Notes: generated by a model from the sequence alone, not told the origin. 64,000 nt of DNA from Psammoneis japonica (GCA_008632985.1 QPGO01000050.1:434001-498000), one strand, 5' to 3'; shown: positions 39,584 through 52,901, counted from the stretch's first letter. Numbers and translations: made by a program.

Positions 39584-40046
39584 CGTGAGTTGCTGCTTGG
39601 TGGAAGTTTGAAACAACAACGAGAAAGTGCCATGCCGTTCGATTCGGCTTCGTCACAACGACGTCACTCAGATCAATGACGTACTTTTTGTATGTACGTA
39701 GAAAGTCCTACTGAATCCTCGTACCGCTATGCTTCCCGCCAAAAACGCGGTGGTGGCGCAAGCAAGTGCGCTCGTGAATGAAGGAAGTTTCCCGCCACCT
39801 CTGGAAGTTGTGTTCTCGTTTTGCGATATTCTTCGCTATCTTTGGGTCGCAGTGAGTGGGTTGACTAACATCTGATTGACAATTCAGTCTTGGCTGTGTA
39901 CATTGTGAGGCGATGATCTCGGTACTGCTCTTGCATTGGTTGAACAAGAACACAAACGCGCAAACATCCGTGTTTGATCTTATGGCATTACAGGTTCGTT
40001 GTGACTGGGCACCTCACAAAAATAAACGCGACTCCTCATCCAAGCA

Positions 40047-40694
40047 ATGTGCAAAGTTTCCTCACAGAAAGAGCCAATAACAGACATGATTCCAGAATAC
40101 GAAACTGTATCCAGCAATCCATTTGAATCTCGACTGAAACATAGTTTTCAGACTAGCCAATATCGACGACAAAGCGATGTCACTCCCTACCTCGAGACAG
40201 AAAACGAGTTTGAACCATCGCCGAACGATGTCCTCTGCGGACGAGGCGTTCATAGCCTAAACAATCGCGGCAACGTCGCTTTCCGTTCAATTGTGGACGA
40301 GTCGCTCGATCGCTACGTTACCGCTAAATCGAGGAAAGCAAAAGCCGAGGTTGTCTCATCCATTATAGCACGGGTTTATGATAAAGGCGGACGATTCATT
40401 CGCTGCGATGCACAAACGGGAGAGTGGTACGAGATCGAAGAGCACGAGATGCGCGATAAGTGTGGACACGCTCTACGTGACGCCAAACAAAAGCGGACCA
40501 AGCACCTCCGTGTCCAAGAGAAAATCGATCGAGAACAAAACACATCTCTGGAGGGACTTTTACGAATGCAACAGCAAATATTCGAAGAGCTCCTTGCAAG
40601 TGAAGAGAAGAATAAATCAAGCAATCCAAGTATGAAGGTCAAAGGCGTGATACGCCAGGATTTGCCTGACGTTCGGTCAGTCTGGGCGGTTTAA
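40047..40694 (+). CDS. DUF6824 domain protein (diatom-expanded family)
   Basis: PSPNDVLCGRG...GNVAFR...GGRFIR...WYEI...DKCGHALRD. Confidence 0.88.
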   Translation: MCKVSSQKEPITDMIPEYETVSSNPFESRLKHSFQTSQYRRQSDVTPYLETENEFEPSPNDVLCGRGVHSLNNRGNVAFRSIVDESLDRYVTAKSRKAKAEVVSSIIARVYDKGGRFIRCDAQTGEWYEIEEHEMRDKCGHALRDAKQKRTKHLRVQEKIDREQNTSLEGLLRMQQQIFEELLASEEKNKSSNPSMKVKGVIRQDLPDVRSVWAV

Positions 40695-40903
40695 AAATGG
40701 CGAGCTATCGTTCTCTCATGAATGAGATTAATGATTCATGAGCTGAACATTTATGTAAGAGAAAAAGATGCATACTACATATTCTTTCATGAGATCAACA
40801 TCACTGTCAACAGGAAAACAATACATAGCAATTTCATTTTACACACCTTTCCGAACTCGATAGTATCACATCGTACTCTCTCCGCTTCTTGTTGTTGCAT
40901 CTT

Positions 40904-41505
40904 TTATCCTCCTGCAACAAAAGCGGCAGTAGTTGCAGCACCCACCGCAAGCTGGTAGTTCTGATCGAAATGATAGTGCGTTAAAGCCTTTTTTGTCAAT
41001 GTGGAATAAGATTGAATCGTTAGCGTTAGATACAGCATTTCTTCCGCCCAACGTACAACACAGTGCAGAGCACTTACCGTTCCCCGAGCAACATCAATGG
41101 CGTCCTTGTAACACTGTGCGTCGTCCGGCCTAGACCCAACACTGCGGTTGTACATTATCTGTTTGACATCATCGTGATCAGAATATTCTTGGCGGGCGGC
41201 CTTTGAACACCCGCAACCCGACGGAGCTTCGTTCTGCATGCGGGCAAAAAGAATTTTGTAGGAACTTCGGGTCAGCAAGAGATAATATCCTTTTCCTCGG
41301 CTTCCTGGCCCATACACATATTCCGTTTCAACCCATTTTCGGATTCCGGGACAAAACAAGGCTCTGAGTTGGGTCCTTTGGTTGTCGGCGTTTCTTTGCA
41401 CCAGAATTTCTCGGTCATGGGATACTTGTACATTTCATCACAATCGCGAAATTCTGGAATGAATTTGCTAAGCTTAGCATTGAGAGCGGCGGCCTTTTCT
41501 GTCAT
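40904..41505 (-). CDS. Hypothetical small protein (two overlapping frames)
   Basis: MTEKAAAL...FWCKETPTTKGPNSEPCF continues in another frame as PGIRKWVETEYVYGPG. No recognised domain. Confidence 0.45.
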
Positions 41506-41941
41506 TATCGCTTAGAACAGTCAACAAGTGTGAACCAAACGGAGGACTCAAAACAGAAAACACAAACCACCGATGCTGCAACATGGAAACATCGGACAAG
41601 TCTAGTCGGATGTCGCGGCCGTGGTGCCGTGCTCCTCTTTAGTTTGGGCGGGTGGACTTCTGTTAGTCGTGGTAGATGGATTCAAACATTATCCAATCCT
41701 ATATATATGAGAGTCATCATTGGATAGATATATCAACTTTTGAATAATTTATTTATTATAATGTGTATTGTATTAAAAGATTCAATAATTAAAATAAAAG
41801 CTCTATATATGACTCTTCAGTATTGAAGGTACGGTTATGTCTGTAGATAGTGGGAGTTGGAGTCGAGTGAATGGTCATAAAAACAAAGAGCAAGAAACAT
41901 TTTGTGGAAGCAAACATGGCAAGCAGCATGCGTTGTAATTC

Positions 41942-43987
41942 ATGAGTGGGTTGCTGCTGTTTCGTGTTCGACTTTCGCGGCTTTTGCTATCTCAAGTCTT
42001 CAACAATAGATTGGAATCTGAAGTGACAAAGTCCCCGTCAAGAGATACAGTCTCAAGTGAGATGTCGGCCCCCGACTCAGGAATACCCATACCGGTTGCT
42101 TTACGTCCTTTAGTTGACAGCCTGGATCGCCTGGAAGATGTTTCCCGTGAAGAGACGATTTCCATTCTGTTTGTAGTGAGAATGGGAGACAGCCTCCACC
42201 GGGCCTTTTACGGGACCTCGTTGAATCTCGCTCTTGTCGGAAAGCTCTGTGAGAAATTGAACATACCGGATCTCTCACTTGAAATCGAAGTGTTCCAGAC
42301 GCGGTGGTACTTTCGACGTGCCGGGATGGTATCGACGCGTCGCTTATCATGGGATTATGACATGTACAGTGTAAGTCATTGCATAATACCGTAGTGGTAT
42401 CTGCTTGTGATAGAACAGAAATGCACGTACTAACACCGTTTTTGCCGTGTGGTTTCGCGTCACACACTCCAGGTGGCTGTATTATGTAAGATTGGGAGAG
42501 GAGTACTCAACGGCAGACTGACTCCCATGGAAGGACTTCAACTTATACGAAAGCACGAGACAAAAAAGGATTATGCAAGGGTGGAACGATGGTATCGCGC
42601 ATTTCCAGCTCGACTTTTCGTAATTCCAATCATGTCTGCATCATGCGCAACCGTCTTCTTCAATGGGACGTGGTTGGACTTTGGCTTTTCAGCAATTTGT
42701 GGTTTGGTGGCAGGAATTCTAGCGTGGTTCGGCACTCTTCATGACCAGATATTGCTGGTAACAGACTACTTGGTGGCCATTGTTGTGGCCATGATCTCTG
42801 TCGCAACGGTTGTTGCATACCCGGATTCGACGTGTTTCTCTGCCCAAATCCTCGGAACACTCTATTGGTTTTTCTACGGGACAGCCTTTGTCTTGTCATT
42901 GTATGAAGTCACAAGTAATCATCTCACTGTTGGGGTTACTCGATATGTATTTGCGATTCTTAAATCATACGGGTTGGCCTTTGGGACAATGTTGGGTGTG
43001 TGGATAGCAACCTATGCTGGAACTGATCGACTCGAGGTTGTCCTTGGGCAAGATTGCGATAAGCTGCAATATCGGATTCCAGGAGGTTGGGAGTTTGCGC
43101 TCTTCTTTCTGGCCGCAGTCGCATGCCTAATGCAGTTTCGTGCCACCATCAGGGACTGGCCGGTCTGTCTTCTTATTCAGTTCATTGCGTACGGGTTGCA
43201 GTACTACATTGGAACGACTTTGGACTATCCTGATATTCTTTCAAATTTGATTCCTGCCTTTGTGGCAACAGTGGCCAGTCATGTCTGTGTTGTTACGTTG
43301 CCGTCATTCCAATCAAGAAGCGTGAATGCATTTCTAGATGCGGAAAAGAAGGAAATCATGGAGGACCCGGTGGAGAAAAGTAGCTGTCAACCAGACACCG
43401 CGGCAGCTTCCAATGAAACAAGCGAAGGCGACGAGGAAGAGGAGGAGGAGCAGCCACTGGTTCGAGAACTCCCAGCACTTCCCACTCCCGACTCGCTTAA
43501 TGACGCCTCGACAGACGAGGAGAACGGCCACTGCACCGATTTGATTACATACGTTGACGCGGGGTGGGCTGGAAAAGGCAGTGAACACGTTTCGTCGGGG
43601 AGTTCTCCTGGCACTAGAAGCAGATGGGCTGGAAAAGACACAACTGGATACATTCAAGATTCTGAGAACGATCAGCTTGAAAATTCTCGTAGCGACACTT
43701 GGTTTTGTTTGCTTCCGGCTCTGTATCTCCTTGTACCGGGAAGTAAGCTTTTACAGGAGGCCCTGCTAGGCATTCTTGCATCACTCGAAAAAGATGAAAA
43801 CGCCTCTAATTTTTCTAAACTCGCATCCAGCTGGCTTGAGATTGGCTTGAGCCAGGCGATTGGTTTAAGGCTGGGATTTGCCTTTCTGTGGCTCTGCAGG
43901 GAGCTGAAAGTGCTCATCTGTACGCGTTTGTGCAATCAACGAGAGCCGCCAATTGACTTAGAGAACAGATCCCACGACCTAGACTAG
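41942..43987 (+). CDS. ThrE-family (threonine/serine exporter-like) membrane protein; intron 42371-42472; start uncertain
   Basis: VVRMGDSLHRAFYGTS, multiple TM segments with FFNGTWLDF and LYLLVPGS. The GT..AG intron restores the frame. Confidence 0.72.
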
Positions 43988-44357
43988 CTAGAAATAAAAC
44001 ATGTCGATATGTGGTTACCGCTACTACTAGAGTACTGTGAGTGTAGGTAGGCGTCTCCCGACATGCTTCTTCGTTGCTACATTACAGGTACTTGGTTCCG
44101 GTAGCTCCAGCTAGAGAGAGGGTAGTAAATACCGGTACTTGTAATATACTGCTACTTCTAATCTACTAGAGAGTAGAGAGTATTACCTACTAGCTACGGT
44201 AGCTAGCTATACCGTAGAAAGAGAATAGAAGTAGTCTCTCTACTAGTAGCTACTGGTAGAGTAGAGAGAGTTTATTCTCTAGAGAGTACGGTAAGTAGAG
44301 GGCTCTAGTAGCTAGAGTAGAGAGTAGCTACCGGTAGAGCTAGCTCTCTAGCTAGAG
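43983..44357. repeat. TAG/CTAG/AGAG-rich low-complexity tract
   Basis: Mosaic of CTAG, GTAG, AGAGAG, TACCGGTA and AGCT words between the ThrE and PPR genes. Confidence 0.85.
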
Positions 44358-44440
44358 TTTGTCCGTCGTGCCGTACGATTTCCTTGTGCGCATTGCGCAT
44401 GCTGTCGGCCGGTAGTCGGGCTGTCGGCCTTATTTAGGCC

Positions 44441-47400
44441 ATGGACGATGAGGCTGTCTTTCTGTGCGGAAGAGTTTGCGAGATGAAGCATCCATGTTTC
44501 GAGAGAGTACCCGCGTATACAATGTCACGTCTCCACACAAAGATTGGGCCACTGGTGTCTCGTAAGCAGGCTGTCAATTTGAATCGAGCGAAAACGACAA
44601 GCGCTACCTACCGACATTCGAATCTCTGTAGTGAATACTCGGGGGAAGTGCGAATGTACGCGGGCTGTGCACTTGGCGTAGAAAGCAGGAGTCGGGACAA
44701 GTTCATGAAAAGAGCGCACGTGTCATTGGATTCAGGTTTTAGCTTTAGCTGTTTGGCTGGACTTCCCCATTCTCCAGCAGGTTCTAAAGCTATATCGGTA
44801 CGAGAACAAGCGGATCAAAATTTACGTCAAAGTGTTTTTGAGATTCCGGTTGGGGGCATGGACCGGGAAACATGGCAGAAAATGCGGGGAGATGTCATTT
44901 ATTTTGCTCGGCATGGTAGTCCTGAACAAGCAGAGAAGTTGTTGACTCGCCTCGTGTCGGAGGCTGAAAACCAAAGCGATATGTACGTGAACGCTACTCT
45001 CTACAACGCATGTCTTCACTCCTGGGCCAAACAAGGAAACCCACAAAGAGCTCAGGATCTTCTCCGAACAATGGAATCTCGTTATCTGTCTGATCCCAAG
45101 TTGCACATTGCACCCGTTACCATCAGTTATAATGCAGTTCTTAACGCATGGGCCGCCTCGAGCGAGGAAATGGGTCAAGGCGACCAGTCTGTCGCCGTCA
45201 CACATGAACAGCGCGTGGAGGATCTCATTGCAGAAATGGAGCAACTGGCCGAGACTAACCCCAATGGCCCATTCGTGCCTGATACTCAGTCATACAACTT
45301 GGTAATGCTATGTTACGCTAATCGTGGTCGTCAATATGGATCGCCACAAAAGGCAGAAGACTGCCTACTGAAATTGGCAAAAATGGCGGCCACCTCGACT
45401 TCCTCTGTGGAACCGGACACCGTCAGCTTTAATACTGTGTTGAAGGCATGGTGTGCTTCAGAAGAAGCAGGAGCCCCGCAACGAGCACACCAGATATTGC
45501 AGCTCATGATTCGTCTCTTTCGAGAAGGGCACGTGAATTGCCGTCCAGACCGAGTGTCCTTTGCAACGGTTGCAAACGCTTACGGTAAACAGCGAAGTCA
45601 GAGCGCAGCAGCAAATGCTCACAAAGTGCTGCAACAAGCCCAAGAACTAAATTTACCCGACGTGGACTTGACCCAATGCTTCAATTGTGTATTGCAAGCG
45701 TGGGCGTGGAGTGGAGCTGCAAATGCCGGTGATCGAGCAGAGGAACTTCTTCTTCAGCCGCATGAACTTGTTTGTCCCGACGTCATTTCATATACAGCTT
45801 GTTTAGAAGCCCACGCCAATAGCAGTGGTCCGGAGAGAGCACAAGAGTTTTTGCGCCAGATGCTGCTGTCTTACAAGACGGGTGACACGACCGTGTTTCC
45901 AAACACCGTTACGTTCAACAATATGATCCACGCGTGGGTAAAAAGTAACCACGAGGACAAAAGTCAGAAAGCGGACAGCCTTCTGATTCTTATGGATAGA
46001 TTGGCTGAAGAGACACCCGATTCCGACTGCTCTCCTGATGCTTCCTCGTTCAACATGTGCATTGATTCTTGGATCAACAATCACTCCGCAGATGTCGACG
46101 GTAGCACACACGCGTTGGCGCTCTTGGATCGCGCCGAACAGGCAGGAGTACCACTTGGAAATTTTTCGTACAATTGTGTGATAAAGGGATTGTCCGAGTC
46201 ATCGCATAGAGGCGCAGCCTCCAAAGCTGTGGAAGTACTGCAACGCATGGAACGAAAGTCACAACGTGGTGATAGTGCCGTCCAACCAGATGTTATCACC
46301 TATAACGTTGTCCTGAAGGCTTTGGCCAATGCTAGGGACATTCGAGCTGCCAAGAAAGCTTTGGAGATTGTGAATCGAATGGAGAATGAATTCCAGAGAA
46401 GCAGAAACAAGATTATTGAACCATGCGTGATTTCATACACTGCCGCCATTCAGGCTTGGTCTACTTCTAAGGCGCCGGACAGTCAAAAGACAAAAATTAC
46501 TCTTGAGCTTTACGACAGGATGAAGCAACTCGATAGAGACCCAGATCGATATCTTTCTTTTGACACTGCGGCATTTCGGGCCGTCCTCAACGTGCTGGCG
46601 GGCAGTAGTAGAAAGGATGCGTCAGATATCTCGTTGCAAATACTAGATGAGATGCGGGAGCCCAAGAGTATCGAGAAAAGCATCAAGCCAGACTGCGGTT
46701 GCTTTTCAGCATGCATCATTGCCATGGCAAGGCACCACAAACCCGAAAAGGCGCACGATCTACTTGCGACTGCTGTCAAGCAATATCGCGACGGTGAGCT
46801 TGATCGGTTGCCAAGTCGCGGAGTGTTTGTTGAAATAATACAGTCATACGCGAGGCGTACAAATGCTAGGACATGTAGGCAAGCATTGCAAGTTGTTGAC
46901 ATCATGGAGAGTTTGGCTGATGAAGTTGATAGCGACAGGGCGTTGGCTGACGTCTCGGTGTACACGATGTTGGTCGATATGCTTGTAAAGAGTGGGCATA
47001 AAGGTGCACCTGAACAGGCTCAACAATTGTTGATCATGATGGAAAACAAACGAAAGTCGGGGAGCTGGCGAACCGGAACGGATAAGTTTGCATGGAACTC
47101 GGTCATTTACTCCTGGGCGAGGTCCATGCATTCAGACAAGGCAGAACACGCAAGGGGCCTACTGGAACAAATGATTGAGATCTCTTCAGAGGGCGGCATT
47201 GGCTCTACCTCTGTCGTCGCTCCGGACACTGTATCGTACAACACAGTCCTCAATGCGTGTGCTTTTACCAAAGCCAAGAACTCTAGTCGCCGACACGAAG
47301 TGTTACAAATTGCGCTAGATACATTTCAAGACCTCAAGGACTCATCAAGTGCAACGCCCGATCATCTTTCTTATGGCACTATGATGAAGGTGTACAAGCA

Positions 47401-47620
47401 TTTCATGAAGCCAGAGTTAGAAAGTACGCGCAAGATCTTGTCCGTCTTCAATGAAGCCTGTCAAGGAGGTCAAGTGGGCAAGTTGGTTATCAAAGAACTT
47501 CAAATGGTCAAGCAACAGCATTTGGAAGATGATATCGCGAGTCAGTTGAAGGGCTACAACTCATTGCGTCATCGTGAGTCTCTTCCAGCACCGTGGACTT
47601 GCCACCTTAGAGAAAGATAG
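44441..47620 (+). CDS. Pentatricopeptide-repeat protein (1059-aa ORF; start uncertain)
   Basis: Many PPR units: PVTISYNAVLNAWA, PDTVSFNTVLKAW, PDVITYNVVLKALA, PDTVSYNTVLNACA. Confidence 0.93.
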   Translation: MDDEAVFLCGRVCEMKHPCFERVPAYTMSRLHTKIGPLVSRKQAVNLNRAKTTSATYRHSNLCSEYSGEVRMYAGCALGVESRSRDKFMKRAHVSLDSGFSFSCLAGLPHSPAGSKAISVREQADQNLRQSVFEIPVGGMDRETWQKMRGDVIYFARHGSPEQAEKLLTRLVSEAENQSDMYVNATLYNACLHSWAKQGNPQRAQDLLRTMESRYLSDPKLHIAPVTISYNAVLNAWAASSEEMGQGDQSVAVTHEQRVEDLIAEMEQLAETNPNGPFVPDTQSYNLVMLCYANRGRQYGSPQKAEDCLLKLAKMAATSTSSVEPDTVSFNTVLKAWCASEEAGAPQRAHQILQLMIRLFREGHVNCRPDRVSFATVANAYGKQRSQSAAANAHKVLQQAQELNLPDVDLTQCFNCVLQAWAWSGAANAGDRAEELLLQPHELVCPDVISYTACLEAHANSSGPERAQEFLRQMLLSYKTGDTTVFPNTVTFNNMIHAWVKSNHEDKSQKADSLLILMDRLAEETPDSDCSPDASSFNMCIDSWINNHSADVDGSTHALALLDRAEQAGVPLGNFSYNCVIKGLSESSHRGAASKAVEVLQRMERKSQRGDSAVQPDVITYNVVLKALANARDIRAAKKALEIVNRMENEFQRSRNKIIEPCVISYTAAIQAWSTSKAPDSQKTKITLELYDRMKQLDRDPDRYLSFDTAAFRAVLNVLAGSSRKDASDISLQILDEMREPKSIEKSIKPDCGCFSACIIAMARHHKPEKAHDLLATAVKQYRDGELDRLPSRGVFVEIIQSYARRTNARTCRQALQVVDIMESLADEVDSDRALADVSVYTMLVDMLVKSGHKGAPEQAQQLLIMMENKRKSGSWRTGTDKFAWNSVIYSWARSMHSDKAEHARGLLEQMIEISSEGGIGSTSVVAPDTVSYNTVLNACAFTKAKNSSRRHEVLQIALDTFQDLKDSSSATPDHLSYGTMMKVYKHFMKPELESTRKILSVFNEACQGGQVGKLVIKELQMVKQQHLEDDIASQLKGYNSLRHRESLPAPWTCHLRER

Positions 47621-49899
47621 AGAGGGCGACTCGATGATTGACGGGCTTGCATCGGAGTTTCCTTTCAGCCCGTTAGGACCTCCCAACGAATGTAGAATAC
47701 TGACATCATGGCGAGAACAGAGAGAAGTTGCGTTCGACCAAAACCAACGCATTCATTCAACCAAGATACTATTCATTATGTCGGATGCTTCCTTTCATGA
47801 CGTCAGGGAAGAGCGCCATCGGACAAAAGAAGAAAAGCAGACAACAAAGAGGGCGGAGGACGAATTCAGAGTTCAGAAGAAAGACGATGAACTCTGATCA
47901 GCATCTCTTTGAACAGATTTGCCATGCTCTTTCTGCCCGTATTATCCATTCCGCTGACTTCAACTCTCGCCGTACGGTGAAAGCAAAAAAACGTTGAAAA
48001 ACGACCGCTGTTAGAAGGGGCAGGCGAGTCTAACTCGTCAAGCTTCTCCCGGTGTCTCTTCTTCACCACCTTTGCACGTGTCTTGATGAAATTGAAAACT
48101 ACGGATTAACCGTAGAGACCATCAAATTTGTGTACCAACAAAATCCTGAAGCGCTTGAAGAATTTACATGCTCTAATCCTTCGCAAACGCGCGTCGCTTT
48201 CCTGTTTTGCAGAGCCTAGTCCGTCTAAGAACAGAAAAGTCCCCACCTGAAATCTGAAAATTCTTGGTGGACAAGAAAGCGGTGGATTTCTCTCCTTCGG
48301 GCATATTTCGTCGCAACGAGCGCTATCCTGTCGCAGTAGGACAGATCAAAGATCTCACGCACGAGAGTACCACTTTAAGGCTCTCGGAAGCCTTGGTCCT
48401 CCGGGGATATATATTATGTTTTTTCCAACAAACGGTACTCAAGCAATCTAAACGTCGGTTTGACCCTGCTACATTCGATTTGTGGTAATCACATGGCCAA
48501 TCTGGACGTGGTCCAGTTCCTTAACGAGAAGATACTCGGAGCAATCGCCGAAGTTCAGGTAGACCGCAACAACGTAGCCGAAACCGATTCGCATTGAATG
48601 CGGATCATCTTCGAGATTATATCATGTTTGATGAAACAAGACCCGGAAGACCGCCATTGCATCATTTCGAGGAAGTCTTTCAAGGACGAAAAAACTTATG
48701 AAGATGACTCGCTACCGATGATTGATTCGAAGCAAGCACAAGCTGTATCCAATGTCTTCCCACAGGCATGGGAAGTTCCGAATGCACAGCAGCTGACGAA
48801 ACAGGACAGTTGAAGAGAAGGAATCACCTTTGCGCACAAGGGGGTCTCCTTTTGTCGGTCGTGCTTCGTACAAGAGCTTGAACGAACCTTTGCTCTCGCT
48901 CCTTTCTTCACGACGCACTTACCTTACCACAGGTTCCATAAGATCTGACATAAAGCGCGATGAGGGAAGAGTCGCCGGTGCTTGTAAGCCACGAAAGCTA
49001 CCACCATGAAGAGTTTCCATTCGGAAATACTCGTCAATATTTTTTTTCTCCTACTGCTGTTACAGAACGACCGTATGGGTCTTGTGTCTCTCAAGACTCA
49101 TTCTGTTATTAGCAACGAAGCACCGACACAAGTTTTTGGGGGAGCGACCATTCGAAATGCACCCTGATTATACCTGTTGGACACAGACGAGTCATTGGAA
49201 TAAATTGGAGAGACAGAGTGCTGCACCACGAATGGTGTTTCACTTGACCGCCATACGAATCTTTAATGAGGTACGATGCCATTGCGCTTTTTTTGGTGGA
49301 ACCTTTCAGATGTCGTTTTTTAACCTCCAACTACCTCTCGAAAGTGATCGATCTCTCTCCGCAATGTGCGATTTTCACGTGCTCTACTGGTGGCATTCAA
49401 AAGTACTCTATAGGGAGCCAAATTAATTTGATATTGTTGCTGGGAGTAGTTGTTTCCTGGACGTAGACGAGCACAGAGCTATTGAACCAACCATCGGGGC
49501 CGCGAAATTCCCACCTTCGATTCAATCAGACTGGAGCTGCTGCAGAACAAAAGAGCTGGAACCTGTCCATTCTTTGTTAGTCACTACTCGCACAGAGACG
49601 ACTCATCTTTGGAGCCGTTCCATAAGTCCTACGTTTTACCTCAAGCAACGGGGGGGGGGCATAATTTGGCAAACACCCTGTCAAATATCTATCAGAGGCA
49701 AAATGTCATGCAGCTGCTTACGAAACACTTTCTAATCTCTTGGTTTCGCAAGGTCAGTTCCAACGAGCGGCTGATGCTCTACCTTTCGAATTTACTTGTG
49801 GACGGCTACAAGCAGAACGCGTCGAGACACCAAGGTCGGGTCCTACAACACGACAAGACATTCAGCTTTGCTAGATATCAAAGCGGATCATACTCTACT

Positions 49900-52743
49900 T
49901 GCAGTGTGAGAGAGAGTTAGCGTCCCTATTGCGAGAACAAAGTACTCCGTCCCTACATTCCACTATCAACTGTAGTTCTGGTATCCGACGAAGATACCGT
50001 CTTTGGTTGTGTTTCGTAGCTAGAATCAAACAACTGAGGCCAAAGTAGAATTCCGTAGCAGCATAGTGGTACAACGCCTTGATAGGGCCCATAATGGTCC
50101 AAAGACTGTCAGCAGCAACAACCGCTGCTTAATGTTTTCCCAAAATACATAAAGTAAAGCACCGTGATTACCAGTGCCATGGCTGCACGATGTCGTTGTC
50201 ATTTTGTTCAACATGACGATAGGAAACCAGGGCACGTATCTCGTCAGCGGACGAACCAGTTAATTCTATCAAAACACTCCCAGATTGGACAAAGAACGTT
50301 CAGAGATAAGAACTGCTTGTAGTCATTGCATTAATGAGCAAACGAGGCTGTATCCTTCTGGAGAGGGCTTAATTTGAGACCTGTGTGAAAATACATACAG
50401 TAGTAGTTGCCCGCCCGAGCAATGCATCCTCAATATCACCGCATTCCATTCCAATTGCATGCGATTCAATGAACTTATCGCAAACCTGGTGAAGAGAAAA
50501 CTTGAGGTGACGATAAAAATTGCAAGAAATGTTGTTGATGCGTGGATCGCGGATCCCTCCACGATCTTCCAGCGCACTGCCAGTCACAAAGAACCTAGCT
50601 GCTTCCTTCTCATCCCCTTGAATGTACAGAAGCATGGCATACTTTGCAAACGAAAGAGTGGGATTCATCCAGTATTTCAACGAGAGGTACATCAGTCGAG
50701 GATACGCAAGACCGACGTAGTCCATCATGTCGTACCAGACATACTGAGTCAAAATTGCCAGTGCCTTGCAGGTTGCAATTCTACGAAAGTCCGTCATTTT
50801 AGGTATATTTAACAAATCCGTCGGAGCGGCCACGAAGCGCCACCTTCACCCCCACGAATTCAGGAAAAATATGGATCAAACGAACTTTCTTGGGTAGCTT
50901 TACACCCGAGGCGGTCCTTTAGAACGTGAATGCAAAGGTCAATCGACTCGATAAACTTCCCTCGAGCACCATCCGATTCAACCTGAATCATGTACGCAGG
51001 AAATGCGTCTATGAGAGAGCGGCTATTCTCGCCTACTGTTTCCTTTACAACTCGTGAACTCGGGTCATAATCTCCAATGACGGAAGTCAGTTCTGCATAG
51101 GATGTTGACATGTCAAGAGTTAGCTTGTAATCACTTTTCCATTTTCCACCGCCCAAAAGTTTTAGCCCGTTTCAAGAAATTCTGCGGCTGACCGAAACGC
51201 TGATTTTTGAATCGCGAGTTTGGCAACGCGACAGATCAGCACAGCTAAGTCTCGAATTGCCTTGACATCCACAATGAGCTTGGCACAAAGGTTAAGCTGT
51301 TTGAGCAGTGACAAAGAGCATCCAGCCCTCAGAAGAATCTTCATAAGCTGCAATTTCTCGTGCTGTTTCTCTAATACAAAGATGCAGTTGCTCTGGCTCA
51401 ACCCCGGCAGCGCTGAGTTCGTATGCCGCCTGCTGGATGCGATCGTAGGCAAAGTTGTATTTGACTGTCGACACGAGACCCTCCTTCTTCACAACCTTCA
51501 ACACATCAGCCACGTTATTATTTGAGTAAAAGCGCCTTGCATGCTTCTCAATCACTGCTTGGACCATTTGCACGTCAAATCGAGATCTAAAGAACGAGCC
51601 GGTCTTCAAAAGAAACTGTGCGTTTGCAGGGAGACGCTTGAGCCGGGAGATCACAGTGTCAACCACATTGTCCGACAAGTCGGTCCTTGCCAATATCTCG
51701 TCGACATCCCATATCCATTGTCAAGCCTTAAGGGGAAGGTGAACAACTCCTTATCTTGAAGCATCTCGAGAAACTGCAAAACAAAGAGCACATCTTCCAA
51801 GCGTCTTGCTGTGGACCACTTGAGCCAAAGCGCATGGTTGTGTCAGGTGATGGCTCTGCAGTATTTGCAATAATCTAGTTGACAGCTTCAATATCCAAGT
51901 TTCCAACAGGATTTTGATGACCTGATTACATGAGCCCGGTGCTTGTTCAAGTTCCTTGAGTGCTACCGAAAACGGACAAAGTTCATCCTCTCTGTATTTC
52001 CCGAGAAACAGCAGAGACTGCGACTTTATCAACGATACTAACGATACCAATATGACAAGCGATGGTGCGTCTATCCACTGTAAATCATCCATTGTAAATA
52101 CAAGCACTTTGGAAGTCGACTCACAAACTACCTGAACCTGTACCATTTTTCGGAAACAAAATTCGTAGCATGCTTGTTGTGCGGCGATTTTGTGTTGACT
52201 GCGTTTGAGGCCGCTACTAGTCTATTTCTAAAAAAATACCAAAAGTGACGCTCCGCCGCTATTGAGTGCTTCTTTCAGTATCATTTGTACCTCTGTAAGG
52301 TCGTTGCTATTATTGGCCACTCTAGCTGTTCGCAAAAGTCGTCAAACGCGTCGGTCAGGACGAAAAAGAGTCTACAGGATCGCACTTGCTCTTGATGACA
52401 ACACAGGACGAATCTGCGTGTTTCTCAATCAACTGTTCTCGCACGCTTTGAAACAAAGCAGATTTTCCCCAGCCCGAGTAACCATGAAGCAAAATGATCT
52501 CTGAAATGCCTCCGTCTTCTTTCTGCGTTCTGTTCTTTTCAACGAGTTCCTCCAGGGTTGACCGTTCCTCATCGCGTCCGTACAAACGACAGGAGGTGCT
52601 GTTGCTGCAACTGCCGGTATAGTCAAGACTCGATTTCTGCAGCGTCTCTTATCATCTCTGGTGTTGGGGTGTTGGAACAACTTGGCACTGCCGGAAGGAC
52701 AGCGCCATCTTGGTTGCACAAAAAAAACTCGAGTCGTCGTCAA
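49900..52743 (-). pseudogene. Fragmented STAND/AAA_16-type ATPase gene
   Basis: YGRDEE, Walker A GYSGWGKS, DDLQWID, RLKRLP, FAYDRIQQAAY, KSAFRSAAEFL and WKSDYKLTL appear in order but are split over many frames and stops. Confidence 0.78.
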
Positions 52744-52901
52744 GTTCCAAAGTTCGAGTGCGTTTCCCGACCAGACACGGACGCGTCGAGCTCGGAGGGA
52801 GTTCGATCAAGAAATAATATATCGTCAGACATGAAGTTCTATCATAAATTTTTAGCTGGAAAATCTCAGAGCCACAAAATCCAAAATCGACACGACATAC
52901 G

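Noticed and set aside
41690..41830. AT-rich patch as a centromere or origin candidate
   Set aside because: Only about 140 bp between divergent genes, compatible with an ordinary promoter region.
47700..48810. Short plus-strand ORFs after the PPR gene
   Set aside because: Possibly a fragmented gene, but there is no recognisable motif or consistent frame.
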